A stretch of 64,000 nucleotides of DNA from Macrostomum lignano (lineage: Eukaryota), in NCBI GenBank assembly GCA_002269645.1, contig NIVC01002767.1, positions 1 to 64,000 of the forward strand, in the 5' to 3' direction. Shown one piece after another: positions 1 through 11,050 of this stretch; positions within the stretch are counted from its first letter, which is position 1; each line of letters begins with the position of its first letter. The notes below the pieces were generated by a model. The model was not told where the DNA came from. It ran no database searches and saw only the letters and a list, made by a program, of their open reading frames with translations. Both the position numbers and the translations under genes were made by a program.

Positions 1-1270
1 ATACTCAGAAGTGGTTGTACTACTCGTGAGTAGCCAGCAATGTGCGTTCGGTAGAAATTTGCAAGTCCAAGGAAAGATTGTAGTTGTTTAACCGTTTGAG
101 GCACAGGAAGCTTGATTTTCTCGATGAGGCTGGGTGCGGGTCTAATGCCTTGAGCAGAAACCACAAATCCAAGATATTGTACCTCTGTTTTGGCAAAGAT
201 GCATTTTCGTAGTGAAATTCGCAATCCATGATGTCGTAACTTTTGGAAGAAGCGTTCGATTTCTTTGAGCATGCCGGTGAAGTCTTCGGCGATGAGCATG
301 ACGTCATCCAAGTAGGCAATCTGATTTGGAGAGTCAGCTGTTAACAATGCTACAAGACGGCACATTAAGCTAGGACTGGACTTGAGTCCTTGAGGTAGTC
401 GATTGAATTCCCAAAGTAGGCCGTTGGGTGCAATGAACGCAGTGTATTTTGTGCTTTCTGGATCGATCCGAACTTGGTAGAAAGCATCTGCTAGGTCACA
501 GAGTGTGTACAGTTTAGCGTTTTCAATCGATGTAGCAAATCCGGAATCTTAGGAGGTCGGATGCTAGGAGCACGAATTAGCTTGTTCAGTTTTCGGTAAT
601 CCGTCACGAGTCTTAGTTGTCGGCGACCTTGAGCGTCGAGCGTCTTCTTTTCCACGAGAAGACATGGACTTGAGTATTCCGATTCACTCGGACTGATGAT
701 TCCTTTTTGACGGAAGTTTTCGATGAGCTCATCAAACCGTTCTTGTAGTCCATGAGCGATTGGATAGGGTCTGGACGTGACTGGCTCAGAGTGTGGGTGT
801 AGATGCAGGTGAGCCGTGTATTGGGTAGAGCAACCCATGTCGGTTGGCAGTAGTGCCAAGACGTCACGGTACTTGTTCATTAGAGTAACTAATTGTTCAC
901 TCTGCTCGGTTGAGAGGTGCTGGTTGGCTTGTTTGAGTTGAGTACGGATCATGTCAGTCGTAGGTGCTTCTTGTTGCAGCGTGCGGAGACTGTTGATTTG
1001 AGCTGCTGGGCGCACGATGTTGTAGTCAGACATGTTAGCCAGATTCCAATGACTTGTTGAGGATGCAAGGTTTGCGTTGTCAGCGACGGGTTGGCAATTT
1101 CCACAGTGATAGTTTGTCCGTCCGGGTTGACAGAAACAAGGCAAGTTGGTATCATCAACTGGTGTTTCTGGATCGTGTGGTCCTTAGGGACGAACAGGAC
1201 AGGAATCGTTGGCTCATGTCGAGAAGAGAGTTTCAGCGTGACTTGGTGCGTTGTCTGTGGTGGTAACTCT
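1..1270 (-). CDS. pol: Pol linker domain and reverse transcriptase (truncated by window edge; frameshifted)
   Basis: SSPCLLVEKK, LRLVTDYRKLN, DLADAFYQV, FNRLPQGLKSSP, IAYLDDVML, YLGFVVS, LQSFLGLANFY. Confidence 0.9.
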
Positions 1271-1369
1271 AGTTGTTTTGCATCACCGCAGAGGTTTCTT
1301 GCAACTGTTGGATGGAGTTGAGCATCGCAAATTGCTCATTGCCAAGCTTAGCTGTCGCTTTCGAGTAGT

Positions 1370-1700
1370 CGAATTGTAGTGGTATTCCCAGTGACTTAAA
1401 GGTTTCTACTCCTAAGAGCAAATCATAGTCAGCGTCGGGGGTGTCGAGCACAAAGGCCGATATCTTGTGGTTGCGGCCATCGATTTCGAGATCAAAAGTG
1501 CCTTTTTGTTGAGGTTTAGTTGTTGTCCTCCTGCACAAATGGCGTTCATATTGGTGTCTTGTAGTGGTACTCGAAGCTTCTTGGCGAATGCCGGTGAGAT
1601 GCAGGAGATCGAGGCGCCGCTGTCAATGAGGGCGGTGCATCTGTGTCGAGTATGCGGTGCGTTACGGCACCACAGGTTGATCATAGTTGCTGTTGTTAGA
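1370..1700 (-). CDS. Retropepsin-type aspartic protease (frameshift at about 1505)
   Basis: ALIDSGASISCIS, then YDLLLGVETF in the next frame; in frame with the env TM and tail. Confidence 0.85.
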
Positions 1701-1959
1701 TGCTTCAAAACAAAGGCGTATGAGTAGTTTGCTGGCCATTTTGGAACTTTAGGTTCTGGCGGTGGTCTCCGTGGTGGCGGAAGGGTGGCGCGAAGTTCAA
1801 TCGTGTCGATGGGTGCCGAAGGTGTTGGCGCTTGTCTCGGTGGTATCAGTTGCTGTTGTTGGGAGTGGTCGTTTCGTGATTCCACTCGAGTTGGAGTTCG
1901 TTGTTGCCGCAGCACTTGTATAGTGTGCGTTCTGCCGTAACGGATGGTGCTGGCGACGC

Positions 1960-4910
1960 AGAGTCGGCCAAGATTGCACACGAAGATAATAACGGCAATG
2001 TAAACGATTACAGCTGCTGTTAAGACGAACTTTTCTTGATAGTTTGCGACTAGTCGATCCCAGTTGAATATCGACGAAGACCATAGATTGAAGAGAGCGA
2101 GTTTTGAGTCCAGGAATGCACTGTCAGCATGTGCTGTTCTGTGTCGTGTTCGATTCGGAAGTTTGAAAACTGTAATCAGAAAATCGCGAGTTTGCATGAA
2201 CTGGTGCATTAGGTCGGTCACCGTTATCGGACTACGAAGTGAAGTATAATTGATATCTCCCATAGGTTTGAAGATGCTTTCGGAGACTGAAGTTTGCAAA
2301 TCGGACAACCGATAGTTTTCATCGGATCTGACATTAGCAGTTGTGGGTTCAAACCTCGAAAAATTTAGTGTGGTCTTGAATAGCATCGATTGTTTAGGCA
2401 GGTAGTAGTACGGGAAGGCGTCGCATGAGATTAGAGCTGGAGTAGCTGTGGAGACAATACGAGTCGTTGTGTCCAAAAATCCAAGAACAGTATAATTTTG
2501 TAGACGGAATTCCAGTGGGGGACGCGTGAAGCATTGGTTCGTCTTATACTTTGGTTGGACAAAGCGAAATTGATGTAGAGGTTTGCACTGGTAGACGAAG
2601 AGATATCCAGCAATGGATCTAGCTCGCAAGAAAGGATCATTTAATAAGAGTCGAGCAGCGAGCGTTGGTTGTGTGTAGTATAACTGTCGGTTGTACTTGA
2701 GACTAGTTGCGTACATCATGCATTGAGTGGTTGCAAGCTGCCTCTGTACTTGGAGAAGGTCTTTTCGAGCTTTACTAGCAGCTCCTTGTAGTTGTCCAGC
2801 AAGAAGTTCAGCGGATGTGAACGTTGATGAAAGTTGCGCAGTAGAGTTGCCTGAAGGGGCTGCGATGGTTTTGTCGTCTGTGCTTCGCTTGTTGCGTGGT
2901 AGTAGTAGGAGATCCGGTTGACTGCCTTGGGGTTCGTGATGTGGAACTGCTAGATTCGTGTGAATAGAAGCCAGTTGTGGATTGGTTGTTGTCACTGGTG
3001 AGTTCGTGGTGAAGGTTGAGGTTGCAGACTTTGCTGGTGCACTGGTAGTGCTGCTAGAGGTTGAGGTTGTTGGCGGTAAAGTGGTGGTGGTACGAGGTTG
3101 TGTCGTCACTTTTGTTGTCGTCGTAGTTGGACCTGCTGTTGTTGTTGCTGCTGAGGTTGTAGCAGTTGTGGTTGTTGAAGTTGTCGGTGTTACGGTTGTG
3201 GTAGGTATTGTTGTCGTTGTAGTCGGTGGCATTGTCGTCGTAGCTGGTGTGTTGTCATTGTAGTCGGTGGTGTTGTCGTTGTAGTCGGTGGTGTTGTCGT
3301 TGTAGTCGGTGGTGTTGTCGTTGTCAAAATTGTAGTTGTTGGTGTTGATTTTGTAGTAGTTAGTATCGTAGTAGTTGGCGTCATTGTTGTAGAAGTGCTT
3401 GACGTCGGTGGATGATCAGGTCGCTCTTGTCGTAAAGGTTGCGGCGGTAGGAATTGTCGTGACTGAGTTGTCGTAGTGAAAGGATGTTGAGTCGTCGATT
3501 GCTGAACGGGTAATATTGTTGGTGGCGTTGGTAGTATCGCTGGTGGTGAACGACGTTTTTGTCTCGAAGAAGTGGTTTCTTCGCTAGTTTGAGGTTTTGG
3601 AGTAGCTTCTTCTAATGGGCTTCGTAAGGTGGCGAGAAATTCTGCTTCTTTGTTGTCGAGGATGTCTACGTATAGACCTTGCGTTGAAAGGTACAACGTC
3701 TTACGGACGCCAGTGCAGGTGAGAGTGTGAGTCGACGGCACTGGGTTGAAGGTTAGTCCCAATGTTTGATCATTAGTTAAGAACAAGCCGGAGTTTAAGT
3801 TGCCTTCAAGAGTACGAAATGGAAATGGTTTTTGTCTCGAAGAAGTGGTTTCTTCGCTAGTTTGAGGTTTTGGAGTAGCTTCTTCTAATGGGCTTCGTAA
3901 GGTGGCGAGAAATTCTGCTTCTTTGTTGTCGAGGATGTCTACGTATAGACCTTGCGTTGAAAGGTACAACGTCTTACGGACGCCAGTGCAGGTGAGAGTG
4001 TGAGTCGACGGCACTGGGTTGAAGGTTAGTCCCAATGTTTGATCATTAGTTAAGAACAAGCCGGAGTTTAAGTTGCCTTCAAGAGTACGAAATGGTTTTA
4101 AAGGACAATCAGCGAGTGGTGGAGGTGTCCAAATAAGATTTAGATGTCTTGGTCCTTTCACGTCAATTTGGTAGATTGCTTCAGTTTCCAAAGGATCCCA
4201 GGGGGATGTTAGTATCGGCAAAGGTAGGTTGAAAGCTCGCATTTCTTGTGCAGTTGTTTTAATTGTACAAAATTTGTCGGCGAGTTTGCAGTTGTCCATT
4301 GGGAAGGACAAAGATTCCATTTTTTGATCTGCTGTTGAGTAGGCTGGGATTCCGGTGATCACTGTTGTTACTATTTGTTCTGAATGTGAACCAGGAGTGC
4401 AACGCACGCATTTTGCGTGTTGAATGTCGATTGCAGGCGTTGGATAGACTGAGTTGACGCAGTCTTTAACACTAATGATCCATCAGGCGATAGCTTTGTT
4501 CGTGCCCAGTTTTCACAATCAGCTTGAGTGACTGGTTGCGGTTCCAACTCTACCAGGGCGGATGTCCAGGTTCTTATCACCGCCTTATCACATCTAATAG
4601 TGATTTTCTCGCGGAAACAGACAGTCATAACCAGGGAACTGGTTTCTACGTTTGTTGTGTAAAGTTCCAGTTTCAACGGGAGTGTCGGCGTTGTTTGGTG
4701 TTTGAGCTGTTCGCAACGGATCTCATGTGGTATCGTGAAAATTCTGGGATCTGGTTGTACGGACAGACCATTGGTGTGTCAATGAAGCCCTCGTGAGATT
4801 GTCTCTCAATCGATGGTGGGGTTGACGTCGTTACCGGCGTAGCGTTGGCTAGTGCGAAGAGTGAAGTTGCTAGGCACAGGAGAAAAAGTGTCAGTAGTGA
4901 TCGGCGAATT
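1960..4910 (-). CDS. env: Envelope glycoprotein, class III fusogen of herpesvirus gB/chuvirus type; broken by three single-base frameshifts
   Basis: Signal peptide RRSLLTLFLLCLATSLFALANA; gB-like motifs in order PMVCP, LELYTTNV, PVTQADC, LIW..DCPL, YLSTQGLYV, AGQLQ..TQC, PTLAARLLLNDPFLRARSIAGYLFVYQC, CFTRPPLEFRL; C-terminal TM FVLTAAVIVYIAVIIFVCNL. Confidence 0.8.
3556..4099. repeat. Exact in-frame tandem duplication, 273 bp period, inside env
   Basis: Peptide PFRTLEGNLN...EETTSSRQK occurs twice; copies begin at 3556 and 3829. Confidence 0.95.
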
Positions 4911-4929
4911 CCGACGGAAGCTTTCACGG

Positions 4930-6751
4930 TTTTCTCGCGGTTGTTGTTGCTGGTCGGTGGAGTGTAGGTGTCAGTCATTCTTTCAACCGTACAAAGGCGA
5001 ATAGAGTTGATAGTCGCAGCGGCAGTAGTCGGTTTTTTGAGTAAAGATTTCAGCTGCTTAGCGTCTCCAGAGTAGCGAATTTCGTTTCCAAAAGTCGGTG
5101 GGCGTTCATCAACTGTAGCAATGTGCATCAGTTGGGCAGACTCGGGAGCGTCGTGAGTCGTCCATCCAATCTGCGGCTGTTGATTCCATCCTGGGTGGGA
5201 CGTTTCAGGGTCCTGAGCAGTGATGGCGCGTATCGGTGGATATTGTTGTTGCGCAAATCTCGGAGGTTGTCGTTGATTGTTGGTGCCGTTGTATCGAGGC
5301 GGATAGCGTTGCTGAGGCCGGTTTCCATAGTCTTGACGGGGTGGAAATCGTGATTGTTGTGTCGCCGGTGGACCGTAGCCTTGTGTACGTTGGGCTCGTA
5401 GTCGGCACTGGTTAATAGAGTGTCCTGGTTTTCGGCAATAGTTACAGGTCAATCGTGGCGGTCCCTGCTGGTAACGATTTCGCGGGGCATCAGAGCCGTA
5501 TTGGGCTGTGTTCCTTCGATCACTTGAGTTAGGTCGGAAGGGACGAGGTTGTTGGTCATTCCTTCGACGACAGTCGGCGGCATAGTGTCCAGGTCGACCG
5601 CAATGATAACAAGTGGGCTTCTGTTGCATATTAGCGATAGGTGGCTTGGTTTGTGTTTGCAGGGAGGCAACCACCTGCTGATTGGCTTCCTTCGTCGTTT
5701 TTTCTAAGGTAGTTAGACGCTCTGTGAGAGCTTTCAAGTCAGTGCCATCAGAGTCCATGGTGGAGTCGCGGATTTGTTCGGCGCGGATGGCCTTGTTGAT
5801 TAGCGTACTTTCCGTGGTGATATTTTGCTTCAAGAGTTCTCGTTTGATGTAGGGTAGAGCATTGTTGATAGTCGTAGCCATCAGGGTAGCAAGGAAGTCT
5901 CGGTTGCGCTGGTCGATGACAGCTTGGTTCGCGGGTGGTGTTTCCGGACCGGCACCTTCCGGAAATTCTTCCGGTATTTCCGGCATAGCTGACCTGAGCT
6001 TTCGACGAATATCGGTGAAATAAGACAGGAACGGTTCGCCGTACTGTTGTTTCCGGGTTGTTGCATTATGCAGCGTTAGAGCCGAGCCAATGGTTACTTC
6101 CCGAAGGCGTTGAGACAGTGCCTCAATGGTGGCTGGATAAGAGGCTTGGACTGCGGCAGAGAGGCGACTGTATTCGAGTTTAAGAAGGTCATTCAGTAGT
6201 CGCGGGAAGAGCCGAATCTTTGCGTTCTCCGATAGTCCAAAGGAGCGTGTGATCAAGTCGAACTCTTCAGTGAAGGAGCGGAAGTCATGCATTTGGTCGA
6301 TTCCTTTCAGGGATTGACGAATTTCAGCAAGAGCAGTAGCTGAGACGGGATGGTTTGATTGCAATTGCAGACTGCGGTTCATAACGTCAGTAAGTTCACG
6401 GACAGCATTTGTCGCTGCAGCATCAACATGGGGAGCGCCGTCCTGATCAGCCATATCTAGAGTAGATTCTTCAGCAATATCGTTTGGGGCTGGTTGAACT
6501 GTTTCGTCCGCGTCTGTTAGGATGGAGCTGGGTGCTGGTGAGTGTGCACGGTTGTGTTCAAAATGATCCGCGAGAGGGTTATTAAACTCAACGTTATTTG
6601 GTATAAACAGGTTAGGTACTGGTGAACTACTTCGTGGGAGCTGTTCACCTATTTGGCAGTCAGAAGTTTCTAAATTTTGTTCAGGGGGTCTGTTAATATT
6701 TGAGCTTTGAAAAACTGGTCCGGAACGTAAATCTCGGACAGGTGTGGTCAT
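4930..6751 (-). CDS. gag: Gag (capsid plus two CCHC zinc knuckles), N-terminal part of polyprotein
   Basis: ATG at 6751 (MTTPVRDLRSG); helical capsid-like region with QQYGEPFLSYF; CYHCGRPGHYAADC and CNYCRKPGHSINQC; no stop before the env signal peptide. 3' boundary approximate. Confidence 0.85.
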
Positions 6752-7789
6752 TAACAAGAATTCAATCAATAATTTCAAGGCAACGATAGCACAAAAGTGT
6801 AACTAATAGCAAAGTAGAGTGTCAAATTCAAAGTGAGCAAACGGCAATGGCTTTCAGGGTTGCGGTTGGCGGACTGGCTGGGGAAGGGAGAAAAAGAGAG
6901 ACTGTGTAATTTTTTAACTGTGATCTGCGACGAGCTTTGAAAATCGAAGTAATTTTGAATTGAACTGCCTTTTGATTGGTTCTGAAACTTTGAATTTTGA
7001 AATTTTGAACTCGGAAATCTTGAATTGAACTGCCGTTTGATCGGTTCTGAAACTTTGAAACTGAATTTGATAAAGGAGCTCCTGAATGTTGGACTAGACG
7101 GACATCAGTGGTGGCCAATAAAATCGAATTTGTATCATTGAAGTCGGCAGTTTTCTTTTTCTTGAAGTCGGCAGTTTATTCTTTTCATGAATTCGGCAGT
7201 TTTCTTCTGAGAACTCGTTCTGGCTTTTGAATTTCGAATCTGAATTTTTTTTGAGCTATCTGACGAGTTTCAGCTAGGGGGTTGATTTCATAATTTTAAG
7301 CAAACGTAGAGAAATGTTTTTGTAGTTTTATAAATTTGCTATTTTTAATTTTTTGAAAATTTTATAATTTTTATTGATCGGACTGATCATTTTGTAACTT
7401 TAACATGATAAGAGCAGTACGGGTTGTACGAAATGAACTATAAGCAATGGTATTGTTTTTTGTGTTTTCAAGTTTTATTATTTTTTGCGATCTAATGATC
7501 ATTTTGAGTTTGTCGCAGGCTACGAAAATACTATGTGAATAGTCTAGCATAGATGAAGCGAAGAAGAGTAAATGGAGACGTGCGTTTTTTGAGGTTTTAA
7601 ATTTTTTATATTTTTTGTCGATCAAATGATCATTTTCAAAGTAGTGTTTACACCATGCAGTTTAAAGTAACAGAAGGTGAGCTGGAAATGAGACTACGAT
7701 CAAAAGACAATGAGAGAGTATAGTATATTTACAGGGCCCAAGGGGGGCTGATGCTGAGGCGATAGAAATTGCGGCTTATGGGGGGGGGA

Positions 7790-8598
7790 TCACTCAGGGC
7801 GACCACCGTATGCGGAGGCGAGAAGTTTGGGGCAAGGAGAGTCGCTAACGTCAAAACAGGGGTCGTCGGTAAAGTCGGGGTGGCCAACTATATGTTCCCG
7901 GTGGAACCGAGGGAGGGTGAGGAAATGAGCTTCAATGGCCTGACCTCTAGAACTGCCGCGATGGCGCGTCCAGGTCGACCAGAAGTGGTAGCGGAGTTGG
8001 TAAGAGGCAAGGTGGAACAGGCTTAAGGGTGAGTCGGAAACGGGGGGAACAAAGCTCTGGAGCAATAGTTCGTGGCGTTCACACTCCTCGTCATCAATTT
8101 TGCGACAGTATATTCGGCGGAGATCTTTGTAGCGAAGAGGAACGCCGGTATGAAAATCAACGCAACGCAGAGCGCGGAAGAGTAGCTCGAAGTCCTGGCC
8201 TCGGAGGGCTATATCGACGATTGCGGACTTAAAAGCTCCTTGCAGGGGCGGCAGATGGAGGCCTTCGAGATGGAATAGCATATTGTCTATCTGCCCGGGA
8301 TGTGGCATTGGAGGCAGTCATAAATGTGGGTCAGGTAGGAATCAGTAATGGTGAGGACAAACTTGGTTACGGGACCAGGGCGTCCATTACAACTGAAGAG
8401 ATCGTGAAACAGGGAATCCGGGATTGCGGGCTTGACGGTACGAGGAAACGGAAAGGGCGAGAGATAGGAGGGGTGATAGTAAATGAAACTGCGGCGATGT
8501 TGGCAATAATACGTCTGACACTGGCAATCAAATAGTGGGACATCATCGGGGGCAGTAAGGGATGCGGCTTCAGCGTAGATACGTGCGAAAGTAGTCAT
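7790..8598 (-). CDS. Accessory ORF(s) of unknown function in the retroelement leader (103 aa plus 172 aa, probably one ORF of about 270 aa with a -1 break)
   Basis: ATG at 8598; coding-like island in AT-rich leader; the two ORFs overlap by 22 nt with the same -1 offset as the pol breaks; Cys/His clusters. Confidence 0.55.
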
Positions 8599-8989
8599 GT
8601 TGAAATTATAATAAGTGAATTAAAGTACTTTAATTTAATTTACAGTGTTACCAAGTTGCTGGAACGGTAGAGACTGGATGTGAAGAGTGTCGTTCTTGCA
8701 GTTGGCTTCGGTAGTACTGGAGAGGAGATTAACTCAAGAGTGCAGGATTCTGTCAATCTATAGTGCTGCAAAAGTGCTAGTATAATAGTGCTGTTGATGG
8801 CGAATTCTGAAGGGAGTTGGGAACGGAGTTTGCGGCGTCCTCATTGGTTGGTTAGGGGGATTCCAAGCCATGCCTGGGAGACGGGGCGGTTATATTGGTG
8901 AAACTGAAGGGGGACGGGTAAGGCTTGCTACTCCTTCGCGACTCCGCTACTTCAAACACTCCCGGACGACGATTGCTCGACTATTTATT

Positions 8990-9271
8990 ATGGCTATGCA
9001 AGCTCAACTCGAAAGGACGAGGAAGACGGCAGATCAATGGTGGTGGCTCTGTCGGCGGTTGTGGGAGCTCGAATTGCTGCTGGAGGACGGCTGGCCCCGC
9101 GACACGAAGCGGGGTGCTCGGCGGGGTTCGCGACTCCTGTCAGCGTTCAGGCGGCTAGTCACACCCGTCCGTAAGTGGTGTGAGCGCCGCCTCGAATGGT
9201 GGCAGGAGCTCCAGCATGTGGAAGAAGAGATTGTCGCAGGACGCCGTTGGGGTAATTTTATCTTAGTTTAA
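8990..9271 (+). CDS. Antisense 93-aa Trp/Arg-rich ORF in the retroelement leader
   Basis: ATG at 8990 (MAMQAQLERTRK..WWWLCRRLWELELLL); GC-rich island flanked by AT-rich DNA. Confidence 0.4.
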   Translation: MAMQAQLERTRKTADQWWWLCRRLWELELLLEDGWPRDTKRGARRGSRLLSAFRRLVTPVRKWCERRLEWWQELQHVEEEIVAGRRWGNFILV

Positions 9272-11035
9272 TGTAATGAAGGGGCTAACCGACTGAAGGT
9301 AGGGGTAATCTTGAATTTAATTTTTTTGTAATTTTGTATAGTTTTTGTAGATATGCTAACGACAATTGAATTGCTTATTAGTGTACATATATTTATATTG
9401 TTATTGTTGCGATTACCCTTTTGTACGTGTGAATGTTTTTGTAAAAAAATACATAACTAACCTGTTTAACTATTTGAATTGATAAAGGCTGCTCAGGTTA
9501 GAGGGGGGCTATGGGTAGGGCTCAATCTTGACAAAGCAAAGGATGGATAGCGTAAAAAGTAGTTTTCGTAAAAACGGGAACAAGATGGTTAACAAAATAA
9601 GTAGGGCAAAAGCTGTATGGGGCACTAAGCATCTATTGCCTTTGGCAATAGGGAGATGAGAGAAAAGTAGAAGTTGTTTGGATCTTAATCCATCATACAA
9701 AAACGAGAAATGGCTAGGAAAAGAAAAAATTCCTGGGGAAATTGTTTATCAGAGATCGTGAAAAGGTCGCTGAACCGGAGGGTGAGTGGCAGGATGGAGC
9801 TGGCCTGGACAGTTTGATTAAGGAAAAGATTTTTTGTGGGAGATAAAGTTGAGTGATGGTTTTAATCAAGAAAAGAGGTCGCTCTGGGAGGTCGAGTAGG
9901 CACACAAAGTCTGATGTGGGCAGTTTGTTTAAGATTAATATTTATTGGAGGGAACTGGAGTTGATTAAACACGCAAGAAATTCCCAGCATCCCGAATGAT
10001 CCATAGAAGGCAACTGCCAGAATCAGCAATCCGAAAAAAAAAACTTGGGTCGATAAGGATTTGATGGATGGGGCTCGTGGGGTTTGCAAACAGTGAGTTT
10101 GGAGTGTTTAATCAAGAAAAATAATGAAAGGCTAGGCAAGCGGTCTACGAAAATCAGAAAAGTTTTCCGGATGAAGCACGCAGGTTCGGCAAACAATTGG
10201 TTGGGACTTTAATCAAGGAAAATGATGAATGGTCAGGCAAGCAGCCTGTCGGATAAGCGAAAAAAAATTTTTTTTTGTTGACAGCAAGAAATTGGTGGCT
10301 CCAGAGTTTGATTAATATTTGCTGAAGTGACTTTGTTTGAATAGCTCGTCAGGTTTTTTGCGTTTTCGTTCTTTCTTTCGGGCGCTTAACGGCGCAGAGA
10401 ATCTGAGATAAGCCAGTTTTCTAGATGTGGCCACACACTGGGAAAAACCGAGGAGGAAACGAATGGCTCAGTCACTTTGGAGAGTTTCAAGTTTACTTGA
10501 GGAAATCCAGAGTAGACTTTGCTATTCTATGGAAAAGCAGTGAAGAAAGAAGCGTCCAACATTAAATAAACTTGAACAATTGATGATGCCGCGGTCTTTG
10601 AAAAATCGAAGCTTGGAAGCTTGAACAATTGAGGATCCGAATAACTGAATTGAATTTCTGCATTGAAGCTCTGAGGCTTGAGAATAAGAACTCGATATCA
10701 GACGTTCGACGACGTTTCTTGAATTAGAGTGAAATTGAAATTGTTCCGGAACGATAATTTATTGACTTTCATGGATCCTTTGAATCTGAAAAAACTTGAA
10801 TCAGGTCTCAGTGCACTGGACAAAACTTAGAACCGATTTGAATTCTGAATTGGAATTTGAGAGCTCGTGATTTACGATTCATTCTTCGAATATGTATTAT
10901 TGACAGTCTCGAATGCTCAAAGGGGAGGGGGGGAGAAGCCAGTCCAACCGTTCACACCCATCAGCCACGCCTATAGCTGTCTACCCCATGCAGGGCATAG
11001 CGGCTATTGTGGTGAAACGCATCGGAGGAAAAGTA

Positions 11036-11049
11036 CGGTCAGGGAACCA
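11036..11049 (-). promoter_or_regulatory. Primer binding site complementary to tRNA-Glu(CTC)
   Basis: Minus strand TGGTTCCCTGACCG is the complement of the eukaryotic tRNA-Glu 3' end CGGTCAGGGAACCA (14 nt). Confidence 0.8.
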
Positions 11050-11050
11050 G

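Noticed and set aside
480-4740. Programmed frameshifting as the explanation for the polyprotein breaks
   Set aside because: The breaks fall inside folded domains, and the two I checked (about 4730 and 1505) lack canonical slippery heptamers; seven sequential shifts are implausible.
7100-7116. TGGCCACCACTGA as an alternative PBS nearer gag
   Set aside because: Not preceded by an LTR-type CA end, and I recognise no matching tRNA 3' end.
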